A stretch of 64,000 bases of DNA from the human T2T-CHM13v2.0 reference genome, Homo sapiens. How positions within the stretch are numbered: the stretch's first letter is position 1; each line of letters begins with the position of its first letter. Made by a program: the position numbers and the translations under genes. A model generated the notes under the pieces. The model made no database searches. It saw only the letters and a program-made list of their open reading frames with translations, and was not told the DNA's origin. The stretch lies in the NCBI RefSeq assembly GCF_009914755.1, contig NC_060930.1. One strand, given 5' to 3'. Positions 19,464-42,224 of this stretch are shown one piece after another.

Positions 19464-21218
19464 CTAGTGAGCCAAGAGACAAGGCAAGGTGTCTTAGTGG
19501 CGGCTAAAACAAGCATTCATGCCAGGCACTGCAGCCTGTGGGAGGCTTCCTCTAGCAAGGAATCTAGCCAGTCAATACGCTTTTTGTGAGAGGCCTGAGG
19601 GGCCACATCAGGGAAATCCTCTCAAATTCCTTGTTACAGACATTGCAGATAAATGCCCTTTATAAGTATACATTCTCCACATCCTCTACGTTACTTTCTT
19701 CAATTTGATGAGCTCATCCTAACGTTTAGATAAATCATTAACCTACTACCAGCAGATGGGGGAAGAGAGAGGAATGTGATCTTATCCACTGGGAAGAAAA
19801 ACTTCACGAAATCTAGGACAATTCCAAACACAGAAGCACATAAGATTTGATCTTTCTTTATGGTAATTCATTTCTATGTCCATTTAATATCAGTTTTGGT
19901 ATACGACAAAGATTTATGACTTTCACCACAAATCCTATTACTATTGAATTTCTCTAAGTGGGAGGAAACTTACAGATCACAGCACATGTTTGAAAATATT
20001 GCTTAAGGATATGGTCTGGCAATTTCTCAGACTAGTATCTAAAAGGACAATTCACTTGCAAAAATAATAAAAACCTGTTTCTAACATCTCACGTGTACAG
20101 GCACAGAGCTCACCACCATGCACATGGGTGAAAAGGTATAGATGTACTAACAGATCTTGCTCCAATGAGCTACCGTGATGGTTGTGGTATAGGTAAATCC
20201 TAATGGGCTGGGCAGGATATCAACTTGGTAATGACCAATAAGCTGGATACTGTGGAGAAAGATCAAGGCTCTGGGTCACATGTACAAAAGGAGAAAGTTA
20301 CTGACATCACTAAGTGAGGACAGTGTAGGGAAGGAGAATGTTAGACAATCTCAATAGTAGAACAAGAAAATCATCATCACAGTTAATATTTCCCAGAACT
20401 ATATTGGACTGAGAGATGCATTCTCAGACCAGCCTGGGACATGATTTTCTCCTTGTACATTCACACATTTGCCTGCTATTCAGTGCCATTTATGCTGTAT
20501 TCCCACACATTGGCACTCAGTTTAATTTCCAGAAAAGAAGCTGAAAATTAAAGTGACTCAGGAGGAATTTTTATATTACCTGATGATTGCTATTGACTGG
20601 TTTTTCCAAGATACCCTATCAACTTGTAAAATACACATGTAAATTGTAATAATTTTCTATATTAGCATTAAGAGAAAAAGATAGCATGTTAGCTTCAAAA
20701 AATAAAGTTAAATAATTCAAAACAAAAAGAATCAATTTTTTTAAAATCACAAGAAAAGCTCAGTATAGATGAGTTGTTTTAATAAAAATGACAACCACAA
20801 TGGCAACAATAACTCTACTAGCTCCTGGCTACATCGCAAGTAGAGGTTCTATCTGCTTTGCATGCATCACTTCATGAAAGCTTTGCAACAAGCCTAAGTG
20901 TGGATATCATCCCGATTTTAAAAATGAGGAAACGGGGGCTCAAAAAGGCTAAACAGCTGATCTACAACACGTAGCTACAAAGTGACAGGGTCAGGTTTTT
21001 AACTCAGATAACTAACTAATTGGCTGGGGTAGGACATTCACTTGGTAATAAACTGATGTGGTACTCTTACCCCCAATGTTTTGCTTACAATTAGTATTCT
21101 GTGAAAGAGTGATACTTTTGAAAAAGATACTGTTTTATTGATATAAAATTCTAAAATTCAGCATGTTTTCAAAGAAGCAAAATAGTTTTCTTTGTAGAGT
21201 CCTGACATGAGTTCCTAA

Positions 21219-21810
<592 letters not shown>

Positions 21811-23157
21811 TATAAACTGGGGGAAAAAACCCAAACCAAAAAACAAACAAAAAATCTTATGCAAACATAGATCCTGGGTGGGTAAAATATTATCTATATA
21901 ATAACAACCTATGTATTCCTAAGCATCAGAACTTCTGACAAACTCCTATAACTTCTAAAAAAATATGAGAAATATGGTAAAATTTTTTTGAGGGCATCTG
22001 AAGACATTTTAAATGTAAGCTCTAGAGAAGAAAAGTTCTTTCAGAATTAAAAAAATATATACACATATTTCTCAAACAGTATATAGGCTCTGGGTTTAAA
22101 AAAGAAAGGACAGGGTGCTACAGTACTTGCCATCCATTTATATTTAGATGGAGCCCAACTGTCCTAACAGTGTTTATAAATCTTTTCCAGAGAAGCTGGA
22201 AAACACACCGTTTTATAAAACTGCATTATAGGGTTTTTGCTACGAGATACTGAATAAGATATATAATCCACATTTCCATTGTTAGTCAGTAGTGCAGAAA
22301 CACACATGATCCCAAATGACTGGGGCAGAGGGGATCTCACCCCAAGGTTCCATGCTGACACAGGCCACGTGAGTGAGGCTATTTGAAACTGCACCAGCAG
22401 CTGTCATGACACAGCACTACCACTACTCACTAGGCATGATGAGTGGCCACAAATTGAAGTGCAAATACAGAAGACAGAGCAACTCAATCCGTCCTTCCTC
22501 TGAGACTCCCACAGTAGAGTCTTGTAAGCCCCATTCCCGAACTCCCAGATCCGCCCTCACCACACACAGCTACGGTGGAGGTCTAGGGGCTGGGGTTTTG
22601 TTTCGCCTCTGATCCCTAACATTAGTCTGCAAACACCTTTCTCACGGACAACTTTGATGACATTTTCTTTTCAAATCAATTAACCAGTTTCAAGTCTTTA
22701 CCCCACACACAGCATATTTTCAAACAGACCATCCAAATCAGCAAGTCGATCTGACTCTATGATGTGGCCCAGGACGGAAGCCAAAGATTATTCAGCCCTT
22801 TCTCAAAATACCAACCAAATATCAAGAGATTGTCCACAGGTTTATTTTTCCTATCATTTTCCTTCTCTTGAATGAACTGTTTTAAATAGTGAGCCAGGTG
22901 CCCAAAGCCAAGATCTCAAAGAAGTAAGTATTTTAGGAAAAAAGAAAGGACCACGTTTACTTTGGGCATAGCACTTTCTCGTCCTCATTAGTTTCTTCTT
23001 TACTTAGTAGGTAACTATGCAATGAGCTCAAACCGACCCATCATCCCAAGAATGGAAAAGAAAAAATGGCGGTGGTAGTGGTGCTGGTAGCAGGGTATTC
23101 ATATAAGAAAGAGAATTAGAATTAATTAACACCAAAATGTCTAAAAAACTGAATTGA

Positions 23158-27061
<3,904 letters not shown>

Positions 27062-27997
27062 TTAGGGCCCTCAGGGCCCTGGAGGTCCACCCTGGTTCAA
27101 GTTAGGGAACCTCAGGTGCCCCAAGATCAGATGAATGAGAAGGAGAGGTTGGACTGAGCCTACAAACTACCTTTCTCAGGTACCCCTAAACAGCCTCAGT
27201 TTTATCCTCATAAAATCATTCTAGTCCCAGAAATGTCATCTTGTGGTTGGTAACAGGTGAACATTGCTTCTGGCTTCTAAGTCCCAGTCATCAAATCTAG
27301 CAATTAAGACACTGGGAGATGGGAAAAGAAAGGGCAGATTTATAAAACAGCAAAAAAGGAAAGAATTTGGTGTCTATTTTATTTAATGCAGGCAGGTGTG
27401 TATAGGCACAGAATAAGAAAGAAAAGGTAAAGGAACACGGACTTTTAGATGTGAAACTTGGTATAAGTCAAATAAAGAGGCTATAAAGCATTTCATTTTC
27501 ACTATCATTTTTGTAAAAGTGATCTGGGCTTATTAAATAAATATCTTTGGGGTAAAATTTCCAATTGAGTTTATACTAAAATGCTGTGACTTTTATCTTT
27601 CCATAGATTATATTTGAAATTCCTGAATTTATATTCTGTTGGGGATTTTCACATTCTCAAGGATTCAGATATGACAGGCTCGATGATGAGAAATTTGGTA
27701 AGGAATTTTGTCAAAATCATTCAGTACTCTAGGCCCGTGGAAATGTCACCACAATTCGCTTGGGAATAAGAGGTCTCAAAAACGGGACCATCCATATCCT
27801 CATTGTAACTGAGGGAGAAGACCATCTCCCCCACATCTTGTCATTAGTTATTCACTGATGGCCTTTTAAAGAAATGAGCAGTTTTATGTGTTTAAAATGT
27901 GGAATGCGGAATGACACCTGATGCATGCTTATCCCTCACTGAATGGTGTGAGGTGAGGAAATGCCCAAGGCGCTGGAACACAGAGTGAGGGTCTTAC

Positions 27998-28164
27998 CAT
28001 TACTATTCAGGGTTTTCATGATAACTTCCATCTGTGCAAATTCATAGTTATAGTCTGGTTCAGAGGAAGCCTCACTGGCTGCATCCAGGTCATGCTCTGG
28101 CGGGCCCGTTTCTTTTTCAAAGTCTTTCAACCAATCTCGACGTTTCCTCTTAGGTAAGTTTATT
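27998..28164 (-). CDS. KIF13A: KIF13A exon (~16), 167 nt, INLPKRKRRDW...VIMKTLNSN
   Basis: Within ORF 27936..28196; acceptor cacag, donor ATG|gtaaga; preceded by a 103-nt intron. Confidence 0.95.
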
Positions 28165-28267
28165 CTGTGGGGTTTTTCACCATTAGAGAAAATCAACTTG
28201 TTTTACACTTAAATAGATAACAGAAAAAATGTATACGAAAATATATTACAGAACACAAAGATGTTAC

Positions 28268-28354
28268 CTAAAAAAGTGATTATTTCCCCATAGGATTCGG
28301 TCACCATGCCACAGCTGGGTGGTACTGCACACAAGGGTGCCGTTCACACAGGAC
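28268..28354 (-). CDS. KIF13A: KIF13A exon (~15), 87 nt, SCVNGTLVCSTTQLWHGDRILWGNNHFF(R) (FHA)
   Basis: Within ORF 28264..28458; acceptor cccag, donor TAG|gtaaca; FHA VNG and GD.I..G motifs. Confidence 0.95.
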
Positions 28355-29147
28355 CTGGGAGAACACGAGGGAAAATACCAGGTAAATGGGAAGGAGCACA
28401 AGACCTTGTCCTGGTAGCCAAAGAGATAACTAGGGGAGCTTTCTCTTAATAAATGCATTCCAACTAACGCTTAAAGAAGGAAGAGCAGAATGTGTAACCA
28501 CTATGAAAACACACAATCTAAGCCATGAGGACCAAGGGCTGCCAACACCCCTCAGAGAATGACAACCTAACATGATGCACTCCTGATGGAGACAGAAAGC
28601 ACCACCCATGGCTATTCTTGTCAAAATTTGAGCTGAACCTGATCAAGCTTCCACATTTAAATGCCAATTTAGGAAATACAGAGAACAATGGAGGATGTGA
28701 AATGATGCCATGGGATGCAGTGAGCAAAATCCTGACTGTGGGAACCTCTAGGATCAACAATGAGGTGACTTCAACAAATAAAATGCAAGGAAGAAGAGAG
28801 AGAGGCAGAGAGAGACAGGGATAAACAGACACACACACACACAGAAGAGAGGAAGAGGAAACCCATTTGTTAAAAGAGATCTAAGAGGAATACTATAAAA
28901 CAATGGTAGGATCTTATCTGGATCCTAATTTCAAGAAACAACTGAAAAAGAAAACTGATGAGACAACTGGGGAAATCTGAACACTGACTGGCTATATGAA
29001 GATTAGTAACGAATTATTATTAATTATTTTAGGTATGATGATATTGAAACTATATTTAAGAATCTTCATCTTTTAGAGAGACATAGTGAGATATTTATAG
29101 ATACAATGTTATAAAATCTGGAATCTACTTTAAAATAATTTTTTTTT

Positions 29148-30051
29148 CTGGGCATGGTGGTGGGCGCCTGTAATCCCAGCTACTTGGGAGGCGAGGCAGG
29201 AGGTTTGCTTGAACCTGGAAGGCAGAGGTTGCAGTGAGCCGAGATCTTGCCACTGTACTCCAGCCCGGGCAACAGAGTGAGACTCTGTCTCAAAATAAAT
29301 TAAAAAAAAAATAAATAAATAAAATAATTTTTTTTCTTTTTGAGACATGGTCTTACTCTGGTTGTCCAGGCTGGAGTGCAATGGAGCAACTACGACTCAC
29401 TACAGCCTCAACCTCGTGGGCTCAAGTGATCCTCCCACCTCAGCCTCCCGAGTAGCAGAGACTACAGGTGTGCACCACTATACCAGCTCATTTTTCGTAT
29501 TTTTTTGTAGAGTAGGGGGTTTCGCCATGTTGCTCAGGCTGGTCTTGAACTCCTGGACTCAGGCAATATGCCCCCCTTGGCCTCCCAAAGTGCTGGGATT
29601 ACAGGTGTGAGCCACTGTTCCTGGCCTGCTTTAGGAAGGAGGAGGAGATATGGAAGGCATATAAATAACAAAACTGTCTATGAGATGCTCATTTTTAAAA
29701 CTGGAGGATGGGTCCATGGGGTTTCATTATATTATTCTCTCTACATTTTTTTTTTTTTTTGAGACAGGGTCTCGCTCTGTAACCTAGGCTAGGCTACAGT
29801 GCAGTGCTATGACCATGGCTCACTGTAGCCTCGACCTCTTGAGCTTCAGTGATCCTCCCACCTCAGCCTTGTAAGTAGCTGGGACTAGAGGAATTGAACA
29901 CCATGCCCGGCTAATTTTCTTATTTATTTTCTGTAGCAACGGTGTCTCACTATACTGCCCAGGTTAGTCTTGAACTCCTGGGCTCAAGCAATACTCCTGC
30001 CTCAGCCTCCTAAAGTGCTGGGATTACAGGTGTGAGCCACCCCGCCTAGCC
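29148..30051. mobile_element. Alus 29148-29325 (+, right arm), 29328-29626 (-), 29746-30051 (-), embedded in an old L1M relic (about 28500-29745)
   Basis: Alu consensus; duplicated TAAAATAA(T)nCT flanks the plus-strand element. Confidence 0.85.
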
Positions 30052-30469
30052 AATTTTCTGGTATTTAAAAACAAAACAAAACACTGGAGGTGGACAAGAT
30101 AACTAAATAGTTAATTGAAGGTTAATTTGCCAAAGGACTGTCAGGTAAAGTTTGAAGAAAGAAAAGAAATGTCACTTTGAGTTTTCATTTTCCAATAAGT
30201 TACTCTTTTCACTTACTCTCATAATTGGACTCCTGATCTTTACAGGGTTCTAAAGCTCAGAGTTATGGATTAAGTGGAACTAGAACTCGCATACAAAAAT
30301 AGTCACTCCTTCACAGTAATCACTCTCTACAATCAGAAAGCAAGGGCCCCCTGAGGACCCCCATGTATCCTTAACTTTAATATAGCTGAAAGCAAACAGA
30401 AAGAGGCAGCCTTCTCCTTCTGAAAATAAGGCACACAAGACACGTGAAGTCACCATTTACTTTTCTTAC

Positions 30470-30600
30470 CTTGCATTTTCTTTTGGAGTGAGAGTGACGT
30501 CTCCATCAGATGCAATGTCAATCTCACAGTGCTGAGGCTGAATTCCTATGCCAAAAAGCTGGATATCTTGAGAGGTATCTGCACCCACCCTGGTGTGATC
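30470..30600 (-). CDS. KIF13A: KIF13A exon (~14), 131 nt, DHTRVGADTSQDIQLFGIGIQPQHCEIDIASDGDVTLTPKENA(R) (FHA)
   Basis: Read by hand; acceptor tactag, donor AAG|gtaaga. Confidence 0.95.
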
Positions 30601-31117
30601 CTAGTAAAAGATTATTAAGGAAAGAAAAACCCACATTTATGAGTAACTCAGCAAAAATGTATCACAATCAATTTGAATAACGCAGCAGCATATGCACAAA
30701 AATATTAAACGAATCCTGCCAGAGATGTTAAATATCTTAAGCATTAAAAGTAAAACGCTTACCCTTAATACACCAAATTAAAAAAAAATGTTTAAACACT
30801 ACCAAAAAAAATCCCCAATCAACAATGATTAGTTATTGTTTTTAACACAGGAAATTGGACTTGACAGTAGAATACTTTGAGTTTCAATTGTGACTTGACC
30901 ACGGGGAAGCCATTTCACTCTCTGAGCCTCAGTTTCTTTGTTGGCAAAACCAGAATAATATTATCTATTTCACCTATTTAGATTTCTTTTAGGATCATCT
31001 GAGTTAACAGTGAAAGTGTTTTGAAAACAGTTACATAAATTTAAGAACCATTAAAAAGCAGTTTCATTGACAGTAATATTTTAAAATATTCAACTTTGAA
31101 AATGCTAAAAATTTTGA

Positions 31118-31765
<648 letters not shown>

Positions 31766-32385
31766 TCATGTGATTTTAAGTACCTGAACCTCAGACATAC
31801 GAGGACTGTGACTATTGGTGATTCAGCCACTGCTTATCCCATTTTTTTCTATTGCTCTTAAAATAGTTTAATAACTATAATAATACCTCCCTATTTGACA
31901 GAGAAAGTATAAGGATTGGTCTTTCAAAATCAGGATTTCAGAGACAATTCCTTACCCCTACTCATTGCCTAAATGAACAGATCTTAAGTTTGTTGGGGGA
32001 CTCTCAATAACTCAGGGGCTATTTGTACCAAATTTACACCTCTAGGAAAAGTAGAAGGTGAGGCTCCTTGCTTCAATTTTGGCTTATTCTCCATTGCATT
32101 TTATGTATTTACTAGGCAGATCAGAATCCTTAACAAGGTGTCTCACTGTTCTCAAGCAGGCAATACCTTCGCATTTAGAGATTCAGGTGTGTGGACAGCA
32201 TATGTAAGCTGCCTTCAAGGCCCCAGGTCCCCAATCCTTGAAAGTTCGTTTCTGTAACTCAGAAAGTGTGTGTATGTGTGAGATTAAAAATGCCCTGATG
32301 GTTGGCTGAATGCCTTATGTCAGTCACAGTGTCCTAAATCAATGTCAATCAGATATCTTATTTCTCACTTTGCAGAGTAAGCAAG

Positions 32386-32741
32386 CAGTTCTAAAAGTGT
32401 GATCTGAGAACCCCCGGGGTCTCTGAGAACCTTTCAGGAGGCCTATGAAGTCAAAACTACTTCAATAGAAACATGAACATGTTGTTTGCCTTTGCTCTCT
32501 CATTTTATCATGTGTGTGTGTATTGGTGGAATTTTCCAGAGTCTATGAGACATGTAATGATGTTATAGCCCTGAGGGCTAAGGGTTGTACGTTTATGTTT
32601 GTAGTTTAAAATGTTCTCAGTCTTAGGGTCCAATACAGTAAACACGGATATAACCCAGACACATGAAAGTTCTTTGGAGTCCTTGATACTTTTTTTAAGA
32701 GTGTAAATGGGTTCTGAAGTCAGAAAATTTGAGAAATGCTA
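32386..32741. mobile_element. Charlie1-like hAT DNA transposon deletion derivative
   Basis: CAGTTCTAAAAGTGTG...GTCAAAACTA start and TTTTAAGAGTGTAAA...TTTGAGAAATGCT end resemble Charlie termini. Confidence 0.6.
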
Positions 32742-33330
32742 CAGTAAGCTATCCAACGTGGCATGTCCTGCGACCACAGTGGCAACAGGGCGGCCCCATC
32801 CCACCTCTACACCTGAAGGGTGATTATGGGACCAAAAGTTATTTCCTGAGGATGTGGGTTTACAAGGGATAGACCTAGAAGAACATTGTTGTCTATTTAA
32901 TCTAGGACGAGGGTCTCCTTTAGGCTTGTGTTGATCTTGAGATCTCCTTGGAATTACTCAGAAGCATAACTAAGAACCTCCAGAGCTTCTCAGGAGCTTT
33001 GTGGAAGAACACAGATATTCCCAGAATCCTCACCATCTCACACCTAGAGCCTTCTCATAAAGCTAGGCATCACCTCGACACCTACTGTTGCCCACTTATG
33101 CCACTCTGAAGCCTGGACTCACAGGAGATCAGCCCCAACTGCACAGCCCCAGATGATACAAAATAGCTGTTTTTCCTTCTCAGTGGTGATCGGAGGGCAC
33201 TATCCATCTTAGTTTTACTGAGGGCTAAGCTGGATACAAAAAGCAACATCACAGAGACAGGCACCCAGATTCAACTACGAACTGTATAGGAATGAATCTT
33301 GATTGCATATGTATTTATATGTTCTCCTAC

Positions 33331-33465
33331 CTTTAAATAATAAACCAGAAGTTCGTTAAGAGCAGGGTCTGCATTCAGATTGACTAAGTAGCATTTGTCA
33401 TCCCCCACCTTGATACCGGACATCTCCAGGGAAATCCCCATGCTTTCAAGTTGTCGTTGTCTTTC
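33331..33465 (-). CDS. KIF13A: KIF13A exon (~13), 135 nt, ERQRQLESMGISLEMSGIKVGDDKCYLVNLNADPALNELLVYYLK
   Basis: Read by hand; acceptor cacag, donor AAG|gtagga; LVNLN.DP motif preceding the FHA domain. Confidence 0.95.
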
Positions 33466-34044
33466 CTGTGCACAAAAACAGACAAAAGAAGGAAACTCTG
33501 TTTGTTGTTCTATTCACAAGATGTATCCACGGAAAGAGTAAGTCACTGTTTCTGGGGACAATGCCAATGGGATTACACATGCTACTCTGCTCAACCACAT
33601 TAACAGAGAGTCTACAGTGCATGACATCTTGTGGCAGGCGTGATAGGGGCACCAAGGATGAACCAGACACCATTTTGGCTCTTAAGGAGCTTAGAATCTA
33701 GTAGAGGGAACAAGACCACATAACTAGAGCACAAAAGAGGAGAGTGTTGTGCTATTGAAGGGTACAAAATGCCAGGGGCTTCCCAGGAGAGACATCATGA
33801 TGGGTTAAGAGACCAAGAAAGGCTGCAGAAAGAGGATATATTTGAGATAGTTCTTGAAGCATAAGAATAATTTCAACAGAAATATAAAGATAGGGTGTTC
33901 TTGGGGCATGGCATACGGAAGCACACTAAAGAAAGGTTCTGGACATACTAGATGATTTCAGGGGCCAAGAACCCCTGGCAAATATCAGAAAGCAGTGAGA
34001 GTTAAGGCTGGAAGAGAAGGTTGGGTCTCTACTGCGGAAGGCCT

Positions 34045-34270
34045 TGTATTCACTCATTCATTCATTCATTCAAGATATATTTATTAGAGTCTACAATGTA
34101 GTAGGTATTGATCTCGGGCTGGGAATACAGCACTGAACCCAATGAAGTCCCGTCTTTCATGAAAAGTTATATTCTGGTGGGAGGAGACAGGCCATAAGAA
34201 AACAGTTAAGTCAATATGGTACATAGAATTTCCAATGGTGTTAAGTACTATGGAGAAACATAAAGCAATG
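34045..34270. mobile_element. L2 3'-end relic (similar ones near 11690-11915, 13480-13640, 59080-59285)
   Basis: (CATT)n tail followed by ATATTTATT..G..CTAC..TGT, typical of L2 ends. Confidence 0.55.
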
Positions 34271-34623
34271 TTAAGCGGGACAGTGAGTGAGGTGTAGGGG
34301 TATGTGTGGGTGTGAACGATATCTATAAGAAACACATCAGCAGAAGGCTGGACTGGGTTCCAGTGACTGCTGTTAAGCTACGTGATTGGGATGGTCCAAT
34401 ATTTCCAAATGATCAATGAGATTAAAAATGTTCGTGAAATATATAATGTAGAGAAATTCATAATGCACATAACCCCGAGAATTAGTCCTTCCTTTATATT
34501 TTAACTTAAGTAAAAGTTAAAATATAAACATACAGCATTTCCTAACAAGCCCAAAGAATCAAATACATTGAAAAATTATGATATGCTATACGTTACAAAT
34601 TCTCTGTCAATTAGGTAGCCTCT

Positions 34624-37492
<2,869 letters not shown>

Positions 37493-38780
37493 CTAGGTGG
37501 ACCTATGTGGCTGGCTCTTCTTCTGTTTCCTTCAGCCAGGTATTGCTTGAGCCATCTCGCCCAGATTATGTGGTCACAGTAAAAATGCAAATAAGTAGAT
37601 AATCCACCTATAAACACATTGCAGAACCATTATACTTTCCTCCTAGCATCATGACTATTTTCAAGGTTTATCAGCATTTTTATTTTTCTGGTGTTTTGCT
37701 ACCCTTCTTACAATCTATCTGAAAATTATACTTTATGCACTGAATGATTATAAATTATAATAAAAATCAGCAACATTTATTGAGAACTTACTATGTGCAA
37801 GGTATTGTGGTAAGTGCTTTCTAGTATCAATGTTAGGCTAGGGGTTGGGGATAAAAAAATCAATAAAACACAGCATCTTGTACTTTAAGAGCCACAGCCT
37901 GGAAGAAGAGAAAGATATATAAACAAACAATTACAATGTAATGCCAAGATCACCAATTAATAGAGTATTCAGACTCTTGGCTTCACCTTTTTGTTTTTTC
38001 AGTCTTCTATTGATTACTTTTTGATAAAATATGCTGATGGATAGAAGTATTAACATAGTGCCTGGCATGTAAATGCTCCATAAATAATGGCCATTAACTG
38101 TGTTTTTCTTTCTTTCTTTTTTTCTTACAACTTAGTACTCTCCCAACTACAGTGGGGTCAGAAGAGAGTGGTGAAGGAATGTGAACTTAGAAGTGTCAGA
38201 TACACTCCCAAGTCCTGGCATGTGGAACCCTGTGACTTAAACTAAGGCACTTGGCCTCCAAAGCTGTCCTCTTAAATATTTCAAATAAGACAGTGCCTCA
38301 CCCAATAATTTGCAAAAAGCAACACCTATTTAGAAGAGTATATCATTATTAAAGTTTCAGTAAAGCCAAAGAAAGAAGATAACAATGCAAAAAGATTTTG
38401 TTTCTTGTCAGGGCCTGATATAAATGGAAAAGAAAAAGATTTCTGAATTATTCCTAATGTTTAATTATCTTTGATCACGCCGTTTCCACAGCTTAACAAG
38501 GAGATAACACCTAACTAAATTCTCTGAAAATTGCAAGGCCCTGTGGAAATAATAGTTTATAATGTTAATATAAACAACATACTTTCCCACTGAAAGTTCA
38601 AAGGCCAACTGATTTAGGGAAGCAAATGATCAGGTAGTAGCAGGAATTATCTCTTATTTGTTTGTTTCCATGACTATAAGTTCCTAGGACAGAGTATGGT
38701 ATTACTCATGTTGGTCCTCACAATGCTTAGCATTTGGCAGATGCCAATAAACACTGAAGTGCTGAACCACATTGAGATGA

Positions 38781-39019
38781 TGTATTAGTCAGTTCTCACA
38801 TTGCTATAAAGAAATACCTGAGATTGGGTAATTTATAAAGAAAAGGGGGTTTAATTGGCTCATGGTTCCACAGGCTGTATGAGAACTCACTATCACGAGA
38901 ACAGCAAGGGGGAAGTTCGCCCCCATGATCCAATCACCTCCTACCAGGCCACTCCTCCAACACTGGTGATTACAATTCAACATGAGATTTGGGTAGAGAC
39001 ATAAATCGAAACCATATCA
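38781..39019 (-). mobile_element. MST-type MaLR solo LTR, internally deleted, sense to KIF13A
   Basis: Ends TGTATTAGTC...CCATATCA on +; perfect 5-bp TSD GATGA; only 239 bp. Confidence 0.82.
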
Positions 39020-39111
39020 GATGACCTACAATTGCAAATGAGCACACCCTTGCCAGTCAAATCCCGCAAGCCAGGGAACTTTACCAGCAGGGAGTACCAG
39101 GCTGCTTTTAC

Positions 39112-39324
39112 CTCTGCCTGAGAGAGCTGCTCTCTCAGTTTCTCGACTTCCTCCCGCAGTTCTCGGATCACTTTTGCGTTGGGGTCCTCATTCACAACAG
39201 CATGGTTCACAATCCTTTTGGCTCGGTCTGCATATCTTAATGTGGAGAGGGTCTCTTCATAGTTGTCTGCGGCTGGGCTGATTGTGGCTATCATAGAGGT
39301 TTGGCTGTTGCCCCCCAAGTTGTC
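39112..39324 (-). CDS. KIF13A: KIF13A exon (~11), 213 nt, DNLGGNSQT...[28 protein letters not shown] (end of motor, neck linker, neck coil)
   Basis: Overlaps ORF 38977..39318; acceptor ggcag, donor GAG|gtaaaa. Confidence 0.96.
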
Positions 39325-39705
39325 CTGCCAAGTATTTCAAACAGCATCTTAGGAAGCCCATTCCATGGACAACACATATGATAAAAGCACTAAATGTGTT
39401 AGGTATGACATTATTCTCTATGAAGGAAACATTATGTGGAAATGGACTTGCATTTCACAAATAACGTCATGACAAGATGAAATGTGTCCTCTCTATATTC
39501 AAGCAATGAATAAGGCCTGTCAAACAGCATTCAAATGGAATAAAAAGGAGTAGAAAATAGTTTTCATTCTGTGTTCCTAGGAATTAGAATAACTGTCATC
39601 AGGAGAGTTCTTTAGGTATTTGGTTAGCTTTGTACACACCTTTACTCTGTCACATCTGGAATAGCCAATTTTTAGTTGGAAAAGAACACTAGAGCAATGG
39701 ATTAC

Positions 39706-39817
39706 CTTAAGCAGCCAAGTGAGGACTGAATCTCGATAAGGCACAAATTTGCTTTTACCCTTGCCAGCTGCCTGGTCAGCCAGTGATGATATAACCAACC
39801 CCAAGGTTGTAAGCGAT
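39706..39817 (-). CDS. KIF13A: KIF13A exon (~10), 112 nt, [37 protein letters not shown]
   Basis: Overlaps ORF 39577..39804; acceptor gacag, donor AAG|gtaatc; loop 12 and the PYRDS motif. Confidence 0.96.
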
Positions 39818-39913
39818 CTGTCAAGAAAAAATGAAAAATTAGTTTTATGGAATGTTTATTTGGTTTAAGTATAAAATATGCAGAACAATAAAGCTCCACA
39901 GTTAATACACGTT

Positions 39914-41490
<1,577 letters not shown>

Positions 41491-41796
41491 ATGTACATCA
41501 TACTTGACAGATTTAAAGGTGAAACAAATCTAACCCAAGAGAAGTGAAAACATAAGTCTACACAGAAACTTGTACATGAATATTCAAAGCAGCTTTATCC
41601 ACAAAAGTCAAAATGTGGAAACGACCACATGCCCATCAAATGATGAAGTGATGAATAAAATCTGGTATATACACACAGTGGAATATCATTTGGCCATAAA
41701 AGGGAATAAGTTCAGATACATGTATCACAACAACTACAACACGGATGAACCCTGGCAAATTATTTTACGTGAAAGAAGCCAAACACAAAAGGCCAT

Positions 41797-42224
41797 TGTC
41801 CTGGGTTGAACAGTATTCATGTCCGCCAGACCCTCAGAATGTGACCCTATTTGGAAAAAGGGTCCTTGCAGATGTAATCAGTTAAGATGAGATCATACTG
41901 GATTAGGGAGGGCCCTAATCTAATGAGTGATGTCCTTATAAGAAGGTCATATAAAGACACCCAGGGGAGACGGCCACGTGAAGATGCAGGCAGAGACTGG
42001 AGTGATGCATCTACAAGACAGGGAACGCCGAGGATTGATGGCCCTACAGAAACAAGGGGAGAGGCATGGAACAGATTCTCCCTCTGACCTGCTAAGAGGG
42101 AACAAACCCTGCTGACCCCTTGATTTCAGATTTCTCGCCTGCAGAATTGTGAGAAATAAATTTCTGTTGTTTTAAGCTACTCAGTTTGTGGTAATCTGTT
42201 ACAGTAGCAATAGCAATCGAACAC
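41797..42224 (+). mobile_element. MLT1-type MaLR LTR inserted into an old L1M fragment (about 41535-42485)
   Basis: CCTCAGAATGTGACCCTATTTGGAAA and AATAAATTTCTGTTGTTTTAAGC motifs; the L1 text AAGGCCAT|ATACTGTATGATTCCATTTATATGAAAT resumes on the far side. Confidence 0.75.
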
